From Camelus ferus (taxonomy: Eukaryota), in assembly GCF_009834535.1 (NCBI RefSeq), contig NC_045697.1:75828001-75892000 (forward strand): 64,000 nt of DNA, given 5' to 3'. Under the pieces are notes generated by a model that had not been told where the DNA came from, searched no databases, and was given only the letters and a program-made list of their open reading frames with translations. Of the stretch, positions 12,434 to 23,182 are shown piece after piece. The position numbers and the translations under genes are program-made. How positions within the stretch are numbered: the first letter of the stretch is position 1; each line of letters starts with the position of its first letter.

Positions 12434-13958
12434 TTTTTTTTTTTACCTGTATAGTTCATTTACAATATTATAGTAGTTTCAGGTATACAACATAGTTATT
12501 CACTACTTTTATAGATTATACTCCATTTAAAGTTATTATAAAATATTGGCTATATTCCCTGTGCTGTATAATATATCCTTGTAGCTAATTTATTTTCTAC
12601 AAAGGAGTTTGTATCTCTTAATCCCCTATTCCTATCTTGCCCCTCCCCCCACCTCTCTCCTCACTAGTAACCACTAGTTTGTGGTCTATATCTGTGAGCC
12701 TGTTTCTATTTTGTTATATTGCTTTGTTTATTTTATATTTTAGATGCCACATCAAAGTGAAAACATGTAGTATTTGTATTATACTTATTTTCTAAGTATA
12801 ATACCCTCCAGGTCTATCTGTTTGTTGTTGCAAATGGCATATTTTCATTCATTTTTATGGCTGAGTAATATTCCACTATGTATGTGTATCACAGATTTTT
12901 TTATCCATTCATCTATTGTTGGACACTTAGGCTACTTTCATATCTTGGCTTTTGTAAATAATGCTGCTATGAACATGAGGGTGTATGTATCTTCTCAAAT
13001 TAATGTTTTTGTTTCCATTAGATATATGCACAGGAGTGAAATTGCTGGATCATATGGTAATTCTATTTTTAGCTTTTTGAGGAACCTCCATAATGTTTTC
13101 TACAGTGGCTGCACCAATTTACATTCCTACCAACAATGTTCAAGTGTTCCCTTTTCTGCACATCCTCACCAATGTTTATTTGTGGTCTTTTTGATGATAG
13201 CCATGCCAACAGGTGTGAGGTGATAACTTATTTTGGCTTTGATTTATATTTCCCTGATGATTAGTGATATTGAGAATGTTTTCATGTGTTTGTTGGTCAT
13301 CTGTATGTCTTCCTTGGAAAAATGTCTGTTTAGGTCTTCTGCCCATTTTTTAATCAGGACATTTATTTTTTTAATGAGCTGCTTAGATATTTTGGCTATT
13401 AACCCCTCATCAGATATATCACTTGCAAATATTTTCTCCCATTCAGTAGGTTGTCTTTTTGTTTTGTCAAGGGTTTCCTTTGCTGTACCAAAGCTTTTAA
13501 GTTTAATTAGGTTTCATTTGTTTATTTTTGCTTTTGTTTCATTTGCCTGAGGAGACAGGTCCAAGAAAATATTGCTACTATTCATGTCAAAGAGTGTTCT
13601 GCCTATGTTTTCTTCTAGGAGTTTTATGATTTCTGGTATTGATTAAGTCTTTAATCCATTTTGAGTTTATTTTTGTATATTATGTGAGAAAATGTTCTAA
13701 TTTCATTCTTTTACATGTAACTGTCCAGTTTTCCCAGCACCACTTATTGAAGAGACTATCTTTTCCTCATTGTATATTTTTCCCTCCTTTGTCATAGATT
13801 AATTGACCATATGTGCATGGGCTTATTTCTGGGCTCTCTATTCTACTCCATCAATCTGTATGCATTTTTGTGCCATAACCACACCATTTTGATTACTGTA
13901 GTGTTGTAATATACTCTGAAGTCAGGGAGCATGGTTCCTCCAGCTATGTTCTTTTTTC
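12434..13958 (-). mobile_element. 5'-truncated L1 (ORF2 C-terminus + 3'UTR), ~1.5 kb, with TSD
   Basis: Poly-T start, L1 3'UTR and ORF2 antisense sequence; 17-bp TSD CTAGTGACTGTA(C/T)TCTT at 12417-12433 and 13959-13975. ORF-track entries 12774-13223 and 13233-13550 are its antisense frames. Confidence 0.95.
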
Positions 13959-14029
13959 CTAGTGACTGTATTCTTGAGTCAGTATTTCTGAAACACAAAT
14001 TTCAGAAAGTGTAGATTCCTGTGACTTCC

Positions 14030-14225
14030 TTGAAGGATACTTTGGAGATAGCTATGGTAATGCAAGACATAGTTGCTCTTTAATCAGCAGTTTCATTTCT
14101 AGAAATGTATTCTTCAGACCTATTCAAACATGTGCACAGAGAGTATATACAAAAATATTAGTAGAGCATTGTTTGTAATTGAGAAAAATTAGAAAGCATT
14201 TACATGGCCATCAATGAAAGGCTAT
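14030..14225 (+). mobile_element. Old L1 (L1ME-type) fragment
   Basis: TTTAATCAGCAGTTTCATTTCTAGAAATGTATTCTTCAGA...AGCATTGTTTGTAATTGAGAAAAATTAGAAA...CCATCAAT. Confidence 0.65.
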
Positions 14226-15259
14226 TGTACGTGCTGGGGACACAGAAGTTGTACCCACCCTCCTGGAGTTTCATCCCAGCAGATGTCCGACTTATCCTGA
14301 AGTATCTGTCTTAGTCTAAAGCACATTCTGTGAATTTGCATTCTGGAACGTCTCCATTGTTACCTCAGATAATATCACTGAGAGATGATAAAATTAGCTT
14401 TTCTTATGCTAGCACAGCAGGAATAAGTAAATAGAGGACCAGCTAAGCTGTGTCTTTATTTTTGTTGTTGTTGTTTAAATTAATCCACCTTAATTTTTTT
14501 ATTCTACTGGAACTCTTAAAATATGCTTTTCTCTCCCCAAAGTGGCAAGGAAGTCACATTCTCTGTTTGCCTTCCGAATTCTCTTGCAATGGCAATGGCA
14601 GCTGGGTATCCAAATCAGTTTTAAAAACATCAGAGCCACCCCTGGGGTCCTTTCACAATTTCCATGAAATTCGGTAACTGTGAAGCATAAGGAAAAGAGT
14701 GAAATTCCTTCATAGCCACTTTCCCAACGCAGAGGTTCAGGGACAAGGATTATAATGTGTGTTATACTCTGAATGTCAAACATTTCAAAATGTGAGCAAA
14801 ATATATCTTTTGGAACCAAACTGAGCAACAAGTATTGTAAATCTTTGAATGTGATTGCAGCCAACAATTGTATGTACTTCCTAGAAATTGTTTACCCTTT
14901 CTCACTAATGCAATTGATTAGAGAAAGATGGTGAAAATCAGGTCAAAAATCAATGTCTAAGCTATATATTTACTTTAAATAAATACAATTTTATAACTTT
15001 CATATAATAACATATATGTATAACTATCATAAGAATCATGCCAAAAATTTTAACAAAAAAATATAGTATATCCTTCTTTAAGACTAGGATGTTAACTATA
15101 TGCAAATTGGACTCCCAGGTTTAAAAACAATTTGTCTTAAACAGTCTTTAAAGTCTCACACCTGTTATAAATTTCTGTATCAAGCCATTTTGATAGGGCA
15201 AAAGGAAACTTCAGCATAACCAAATCCACTATGTTGTCACAAATTCAGAACAGTGAAAT

Positions 15260-15500
15260 TGTAGAATCTTAAGGTTGGAGGAAATCTTATAGATTATCTG
15301 GTTGAATCATCCACCAGATAGTTAGAATGTATTTGCTGGGCACCTACTATGTGCCAAGCCATTACTAGGTGGTTTCTAGACTATTCTGAAAAAAATTTCT
15401 GAAGGGAGGAACTCCCCACATCCTGAGCAGCCCATTTCTCCTTGGGAAGCTCTGACAATTAACTCTGAGCTGATAGCGATGTGTCCTCTGAAATTGCTCT
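15260..15500 (-). mobile_element. L3/CR1-like ancient LINE fragment
   Basis: TAGAATCTTAAGGTTGGAGGAAATCTTATAGATTATCTGGTT and GGAACTCCCCACATCCTGAGCAGCCCATTTCTCCTTGGGAAGCTCTGAC resemble the L3 3' region. Confidence 0.5.
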
Positions 15501-15734
15501 TACCACATTTGTCACTGACCTCCCTATTTCAAGAATCAATGCCTTGTTGTTAATTTCATATTGCTTGAACTACCTGGAGCACTTGACAGCAATGGCCACA
15601 TCTTGTTTAGAACTTCTGGTCTAATCTCATTTCTTCCCTCCACATTCGATCAGATCCCCTAATTAGAAGTGCCCTGCTTTTGCACCCTATAAATTTCCTA
15701 CAAAACACTGATGAGAGTTTGTAAATGAATGCTT

Positions 15735-16145
15735 CAGAGCATAGACCTTAGTTCCAGACAGCCTAGATTCAAATCCTGCTCTAATACACACTAGTTGTGT
15801 GACCTTGGGCAACTTTTCTCTATACATCTATAAAATGAGGATAATATCGATACCTACCTTAGGTTGTTATGAGTATCAAACAAGTTAATATTTTTTTCTT
15901 TATATTAGATTTTTTTAGTTAAGTATAATCAGTTTACAATGTTGTGTCAATTTCTAGAGTATAGCATATTTCAGTCATACATACACATACATATATTCCT
16001 TTTTATATTCTTTTTTGTTAAAGGTTACTATAAGATACTGACTATAGTTCCCTGTGCTATAAGTATAAACTTGAAAACAAGTAAATACTTATAAAGTGCT
16101 TAAAACAATATAACTTGCAAATAGTAAGCACCACGTGTTTGTAAA
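15735..16145 (+). mobile_element. MIR split by a young L1 3' end (- strand, 15894-16074)
   Basis: MIR core GATTCAAATCCTGCTCT...CTAGTTGTGTGACCTTGGGCAA; the insert is flanked by AAACAAGTTAATATTT (15878-15893) and AAACAAGTAAATACTT (16075-16090); MIR tail ATAAAGTGCTTAAAACA resumes afterwards. Confidence 0.85.
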
Positions 16146-17714
16146 TTAAACAGATTTAATTAAAATCTATGGTCTCTATTAAATTATAAATTCCATGAGG
16201 ATAAGATGAAATCATGTCTAGCCTGCTCGCCATTTTATGTCCACTGCCTAGTTCTGTCTTTTGTATCAAAATGTTTGTTGAGTGAGTGAAAGTATAAATA
16301 TACACGTGAGGAAGAATCAAACAAAGTGGGATAGCTTTTACTGTCTCGTGTGAAGAGTGCATGCACTCAAGGGGCATCCACACCTGGCCCAGAATGGTTA
16401 TTGGCAAACATCTATTCTGGAAAATTTCTCTGGAATATTCCCTCCTTCTTGACAGCACTCAACTGATGACCCTTGGTCTCTCCTGACTTTCATGTTTCTG
16501 GTTTTATTAGCTGAGCTTGAGAAATGCTCTGGCCCCTTCGATCTCAGCAACCTAAAAAGATATCACTTGCTAGCACACTGAATGGGCTTCCCCCGTAGCC
16601 TTCAGTTTTTACTCACTCCCTTGATTTCGGTGTTTACTCCAAGCCCAAGGTCCACAGCTGGTGTGCATTTAAGCAGACAGTAGGACTCAGGTGTCAGCTT
16701 AAGATATATGATGTCATTTAAAATCTAGAAGTCTGCAGTGCTTGGGTAGAAGGAAAAGAGATTTGAAAATCTACTACTCAGAATTTTTTATTCTCTTTAT
16801 TTCTCTGGCAGTAGGATCTTTCCATTCTGGCCAGATCTAAAGATATGGATACATTTTGCCTTGGTATCAGCTTTGCATTTGCAACTTTGCTCTGTTTTGT
16901 TCTTGTTGTTGAGCTCTCTGTTGTCTTCTAAGTGCTTTATAGCATTTAGATCTTTCAAAACACTGGGACCATGCCAGAAATTATTAGCAAAAGGGAAGAT
17001 AATGGGGGTGAAAAATCAACACTGCTATAAAATGGTAGCAAAGATCCTCATGGTCTTTAGGTTAAGAGATAATAATAGAATGTGGGAGGAAAGGGGTAAC
17101 GGTGAATAGACTTTGTGTAAAAATCTGAGAGTAGTTTCTTCATGTGATATTTAGTCATTAGGTTGTGAATAGGTGCCCACTGTAAAATTTGAAAGCTACT
17201 GCATAACAATTCAGGGGTATCAAAATGAGTTTATCTGTCTCTGTTCATTTCCTTCAGGCAGAACTATTATTAGTAGAACTTGGTTGGGGAGGTAGACCTG
17301 TTGACCTTTGAAAGTCAAGAGAATTAATACAACAGAACCAGAGGATAACTAAGGTCTGAGATCACAAAAAGGGCTCTTCAAATCAGCCCTTTCTCACCAT
17401 CTCAATTTCCCCTCTGGATAGTTCTCAAGAAAATAAACTGGAAGTACTTATAAGGTATATATAAATAGATTATATTTGCCCAGAAACAAGTCCTTTTCTT
17501 AGAGCAGAAAAGTGGTAGTAATCTTAACTCCAAATTACATGGTTTTATAATCATTAAAATATTCCAGTCCTTTCAAACACACACACATGCATCACATTTA
17601 AAAGTTACTATTTGAGAATTTTTTATAAATGTTAATTTTGTTGCTGTTGTTAAAGATTTATCTGGTGATATAATTTGCTACTTATCTGCTATTGGAGGAA
17701 AAGTTTAAAATTTT

Positions 17715-18968
17715 GTATCAAAGAGACTCAACACCTCAGTGGACTAAAAATAATGAAGTCTGTTTTTCTCTCATTTAACAGTCCCATGGTGAATAAGCAG
17801 GCTGCTCTGCTCTCCATAGTCATTCAGTGATCTGAGTTCTCTTCTTCTCTTTGATTTACTTCACTTGCCTTTCAGGACATCAAACTTAACCTGGTATACC
17901 TCCTGTCTTTCTTGCTGCTGCTTCTCAGTTTGTGGGTCAGGGGCTAGTTCTCCCTGATCAGCCGTACCTCTAAAGGTACAGGATTCAGTCCTTGGACCAT
18001 TTCTTTTTTCTATCACTCAGTCTCTAGGTAATCTCATCTAGTCTTGTGGTATTAGATAGCATCTATGTTGATGACTTCCAAATGAGTACTGCAAATCTGG
18101 ATCTCTCTTCTGATCTGCAGACCCAAATTTTACTGGTCACTTAACACCTCAGTGGGTGTCAAATGGGCATCACAGCCTTGATATCCAAACCTGAGTTATG
18201 GATACTGCCCTCCAAACCCTCCTATGGTCTTCCCAATCTAAATTACCAGCAGCTGTATTTTTCAAGTTCCTCAAGCCAAAAATCTTGACTCCTTTTTTAT
18301 CTCTATCACACCCCATGCCCAGTCTCTCAGCAAATCCCCTTGGTTCTACCACCAACATATATTCAGAATGCAACAGCTTCTCCTCTGTTGCTTTATCTAT
18401 ACCACTACTGGGTCTCATTTAGTTTCCTATAATGGCATAATACCTAGCCAAGATTTCAAATCTCCCTTCCCTGCTTTATTTTTCACCTTAGCACTTATTT
18501 CTAACAAACTATGCATTATACTTATATTTTTATTGTCTATTTGAGCTCAAAGGGAGCAGGAACTTTGGTCTCTTTTGTTCACTGAGGTATCCCCCACATT
18601 TAGAATGCTGTCTGCATGGAGTAGGCTTTCAGTAAATATTAGTTGCAAGAATGAATGACTCTTGTTTCTTCTTGATAGTCCAGGGTGTGTTTTTCTTACC
18701 TACATGGTTGATACCTGGTCCCTGGAGGGAAGGTGTTTGACTCCCAGAGATGTGCAAGAGCATGGAGGAGTTTACATGTCTGAACCAGGAAATGGCACAT
18801 ATCACTTCCATTTATATTTAATTTGGGAGACTTCAGATTTATGGTCATAACCAGCTGTAAGGGGGGTTGGAAATGGCACTCCTAGCCTGTAAGCCATGTG
18901 CTCCCCTGCAGGTCTATAATTTAGAAAGGTGGAACAGAATCTAGTGGACAGCTGGCAGTCTCCACCTT
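17715..18968. mobile_element. Old MaLR LTR (MLT1I/J-like) pieces at ~17715-17845 and ~18740-18968 flanking an L2
   Basis: CTCAGTGGACTAAAAATAATGAAGTCTGTTTTTCTCTCAT...CTCCATAGTCATTCAG on the left; GGCACATATCACTTCC...GGTCATAACCAGCTGTAAGGGGG...GTGGACAGCTGGCAGTCTC on the right. Confidence 0.5.
17860..18660 (+). mobile_element. L2 (L2a-like) 3' portion
   Basis: CATCTATGTTGATGACTTCCAAAT (YADD motif), CTTTTGTTCACTGAGGTATCCCC, and terminal AGTAAATATTAGTTGCAAGAATGAATGA. Confidence 0.85.
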
Positions 18969-20448
18969 ACCTGTTATTTACACAGCTCATGTTATCCAGA
19001 ATGACCACACAATCAAACTGCTCTGGAGTTCCAGAAGCAAATTTTAGGCTGAAGGTAGACCAAGCTGTTCAGGGATGTGCAAGTCAAGAGGATGTCATAA
19101 ACTATTGATCTCATGTTTGCTCCTTCAAGAATGGCTAAGGCAAATCCCATTTGAAAAGCTCTGTGGAGTCTCAGCTAGTCTTACTAATTGCTTTATATGT
19201 AAACTGCCTAGAACACGTGGACCGTATCTTGAGACTTTTATTATTTTATTGCTTAGTGCAACTTACAAAAGTTTTGTGGAAATAATATTGACAACTAAGG
19301 GTAAAAAGAAATATGGGTGAAAACTCCTGAAATAGTACAATGAAAAATTTGTTACTGAGTTTTCTATTCTTATCACATAATGGGATAAGTATAAATTCAG
19401 ATTTACTGCCTTAGGAATAAAGGCTGTTGTCATCTATTGAGCAGAATTCATATATACTATGCATTCCTAGCATATTTTTGTTCTCATTCTGTCTTTTGAA
19501 ACACTTACAGTTCATTGCCTCTCCAACTCATTCAGATTCACTCTGGAGCAGTCATAGTTGTGATCTGAAATATTTACTTTACCCCAAGAATTTATTACTC
19601 TTCTGATCTATACATCTATAGACAATACATTATATATGATCCATCTGGTGGTCTATGAATAATGTTTTTAGGCAATAACTTTTCTAATATTTGATGGTTG
19701 AACTCATAAAAACATAACTTGAAATGAAAGCCCTTCTCTCTACTAATCCATAAGGTTTTCCTGTTCACTGGGGTTGTAGGTTTTAACATATAACTGTATA
19801 CGCCTTCCATTCACCAAATTTAAAATCACTTCTCAAGTGAAATGCAAAACATGTTGCATTACATACTTGCAGTAGACATCTTATAAGCTACATGCTCCTT
19901 GGGATTATTGTTAGAATTTCAATCAAAAATAAAGTCACAGACCAGGCTTTGCAAATGTGGGCAGCATAAGCATTTCTTTGAAGCATCAGTTTTTGCATCG
20001 TGGTATTTTTTTGGTTACTCTTTCCTAAGAAATATACAGGAAAAAATTTTTTTTCAAGCTTAATAGAAGGGTCCGATTAGTAAGTTATTTAAACTTCCCT
20101 CCTGTTTCCTGAGCTGAGGGGTGGGAGGGAACAGCCTACAAGGAGAGATTCTAGCAGAGCAGGATGTGGAGTGAGCAACAGCCTGCAGACCCAGCTTTCA
20201 GCCGGGAACCTGGCTCTGGCTTCCCAGATGTCTGCACACAGTGCTCATGGCATTTGAGGTTTGAGAGGGGGTTCAAATCAATGTGAGGTATTTTCCTGCA
20301 TGATTGCATACCTTTCTCACAACCTTGATAAAGCACTATCACCATCATTGAGAAGCTACAAAGTGTGTTATGAAATGTGACCCTGTTTCACTGGCATCGC
20401 ACCCAAGGTCACACTCCTGTCCAGGTTCACTTTCAAGAACCACTGCTG

Positions 20449-20551
20449 GGGGCAGGGGTGGGAGGTGGTAGAGCGCATGCTTAGCATGCACGAGGTCCTG
20501 GGTTCAATCCCTAGTACTTCCATTAAAATAAATAAATAAATAATTTTTAAA
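20449..20551 (+). mobile_element. vic-1-type SINE with perfect 14-bp TSD
   Basis: GTGGTAGAGCGCATGCTTAGCATGCACGAGGTCCTGGGTTCAATCCCTAGTAC; AAGAACCACTGCTG at 20435-20448 and 20552-20565. Confidence 0.95.
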
Positions 20552-20619
20552 AAGAACCACTGCTGAGAAGCACCATCATTCAGAAGCACCATCAGTCAGG
20601 TTAGCAGCTGAGGTACACC

Positions 20620-21226
20620 CCAATCCATCTTCTCACTGCAGGTCACATACAAACACACCCCACCCTTAGGATAAAATCATGAATGTTCCACATGGCCTAC
20701 AAAGCCCTGAACAGCATGGCTCCTGCCTACCTCCACCTTCGCTCATACCCATCTCAGCCTCACACACCACATGGCAACCACCCTGGCTTGCTTTCAGTTC
20801 CCCTAAAGAGCCAAGCTTCCCCCACAGGACCTTTGCTCTTCCTTCAGCCAAGGACATTTTCCATGGCCCCAGCACTCAACTCCTCACAAACACAGGCACA
20901 TGGACACGGACACACACACTGCTAACTCCGGCCTCAGCCTTCAACTCTCAGCTTAATGTCATTTATTCAACACAGGGCCTCCCGCAACCCCCAAATCCAA
21001 ATTAGGTTCTCCTATCACAATGGGTCACGAAGTATCCTATACTTCTTTTGTAACACGTATCACTATTGGAAAATACATATTTATTTTTGTGACTCGGTTT
21101 GACAGTTTTCCCCTCACTAGACTAACAGAAAATTCCATCAAGGTAGTCAGCTCTCTCACTTCCTCCTGTAGTCCCGGTAACTAGCATGTAGCAAACAATA
21201 CATCAATATTAATTGAAAGAATGAAC
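20620..21226 (+). mobile_element. L2 3' portion
   Basis: CATGGCCTACAAAGCCCTG...CAGGACCTTTGCTCTT...CCCTCACTAGACT...CAATATTAATTGAAAGAATGAA. Confidence 0.8.
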
Positions 21227-21595
21227 TTTACTTCTACATTGTGTGCCAGGAGAAAAGGTCTCAGTACATTTGGCAAACTATTTTTCAAATTCTAGATCCC
21301 TGCCCTATGATGAGGTTTTAAAAAGGCCAGAATGTGCCTTTTAATTTTCACAGAGCCAGCTCATGCTCAGAGATTGCTATCCAGTCCTGGCCACTCAGCC
21401 TTCCTTCAGAAAAACAACTAGCTCATTTGCTGCATGGTTCTAGCAGGAAAGGCTAAGTACAGGTGGCCACAAAGTCTGTGTGTGTGATAGTCAGAAGCTA
21501 TTTGTACACTTCCTTCTGTTCTCTGTGCAGACTGTACGCTTTCCTCTGGACAGCTTCCTCCTCTTGCACAGTTAGAAGGCGTTAAAACACACCTG

Positions 21596-21688
21596 GGGGA
21601 AGGGTAAGGTATAGCTTAGTGGTAGAGATCATGCTTAGCATGCTAGAGGTCCTGGGTTCAATCCTTAGTACCTCCATTAAAAAATTTA
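21596..21688 (+). mobile_element. vic-1-type SINE
   Basis: GGTATAGCTTAGTGGTAGAG...GGTTCAATCCTTAGTACCTCC; TSD AAAACAC(A/T)CCTG at 21584-21595 and 21689-21700. Confidence 0.93.
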
Positions 21689-22884
21689 AAAACACTCCTG
21701 ATAACTGCGTTTACGTCTTCTACTCCTGTTAGGTGGGGTTAAGGAATGTTATCTTTCAAAAAGCCTGAGATCAAATTGTCACATATTGTTCAGCCTGAAC
21801 TCCAAGGAGACCACATTTGTAGGTGCCAAGTCCAGTGCCTCTATCTACGGAGTTCTCTAGCTAGGGGAGCTTAACGGGCATGCTGCTACTTTGTGGCAGG
21901 ATAGCTGTTGCCTCAAGACCTCTTTCTGCAGCTATGGGAGGAGCCACATCTGAAGCATGTTCAAACTAGCAGTGCCACTGGCGCCGACCTTGACCACACG
22001 CAGCTCTATCTCATGCTTTTCTGAAATTTCTGTCCATATCATGACATGAGGAGAACTCTGCTCAGTTATAAAGGACAATCTCATAAGAGGAACTCAGTGG
22101 CCTTCTGCGGGCAGTCATCTTTGAAGATAAGCATAGTCCTGGAGCCACTCGTAATAATAACCCCTAGTCCTAGGCAGGCACTGGGTCGTGTGTGCCCCAT
22201 CCACAGGAAGCATCTGACCCAGGGCTGTAGCCACACCAGAGACACCCCCCTAGCATCTTCCAAGGCCATGAGCATGACTAATAGCAGTTAGAAATAAATT
22301 ATTGTTAGAAATTCTTGCTCTAAGCTAGCTGACTTTACATTTCTTGGGCCATTTATATTAAGTGTAGTTCCCTTGCAGTTCCTATTAGGTCTTGGCTATA
22401 CATAATTTATGGCTTCTATTTTAAAAGTGCTATCAGAAATCAAAAAGAATGCATACACACCCGCTGTTAATAAATGTCCTCATGGTAACTGCTGTCCTGT
22501 GCCATGCGATTCTTTTCAGAGGTGACTGAAACAACTGATGCCCTTTTTATGCTGATTGTTTCTCTCACGTTGAGCCACAGCCGAACGAAACATCAGCTAG
22601 CATTGGAAGAACACTGTACCCCAGGACTTTTAACTCAGGATGAGTCATTTAAGACATAGAGCTCGGCAGCACTGTAGCACAGTTGAGGTTTCAATATATT
22701 AACAAACGTATGCTGTATAGATTGCACTGGGATAATTTTTCCAACCAATAAATCTCATCTAAATTACTACCATGTAAGTCATTTTTTTTTTTTGGTATTT
22801 ATTAGGTCTTTGACTATATTACATGTATATGTATTTAGTCGTTTTAACACTACAATATGATAATCGCTTTGCTAATGTATGACC

Positions 22885-23182
22885 AATACATTCATTAAGT
22901 CGTTCAATAAACATCTAATAAATGCCTACTATATGCCAGTCACTAGGCCAGGTATTCATCTTACCACAGTGAGTCAGTCCCTATCCTTGCCTTCAAGGTA
23001 TTTTCAGTCTACTCCATTTCCATGTTTAAATTCTTCCTTAAGTTCTGGAGGATGGGCAATAGGTCTCACTCATCTCCATATTCTCAGTGTCCTACCGAGT
23101 GCCTAGCACAAAGTAGGTACACAGTAAATGCTTATTAAATAAATTTTAAAAAGAATAAACTAATAAATAAATGAATGAATAA
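22885..23182. mobile_element. Two L2 3' tails in opposite orientations
   Basis: CATTCATT...TTCAATAAACATCTAATAAATGCCTACTATATGCCAG (- strand tail) then GTGCCTAGCACAAAGTAGGTACACAGTAAATGCTT...AATGAATGAAT (+ strand tail). Confidence 0.7.

Larger units (their letters stand above)
5361..16680 (-). pseudogene. Candidate multi-exon transcription unit (decayed gene, micropeptide gene or lncRNA); exon-like segments ~16680-16617, 16551-16384, 10315-10258, 5400-5361
   Basis: Canonical splice signals in non-repetitive sequence on the - strand: GGA|gtgagt; atctttttag|GTT...CAG|gtgtgg; tattcctttacag|GAA...CAG|gtatgt; gattttcag|TAT...AAT|gtaagt. No homolog recognised and no transcript evidence. Confidence 0.3.

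Noticed and set aside
12774..13550. 149-aa and 105-aa + strand ORFs (similar ones at 41886-42726 and 61382-61837)
   Set aside because: Antisense frames of L1 ORF2/3'UTR, a common source of spurious ORFs.
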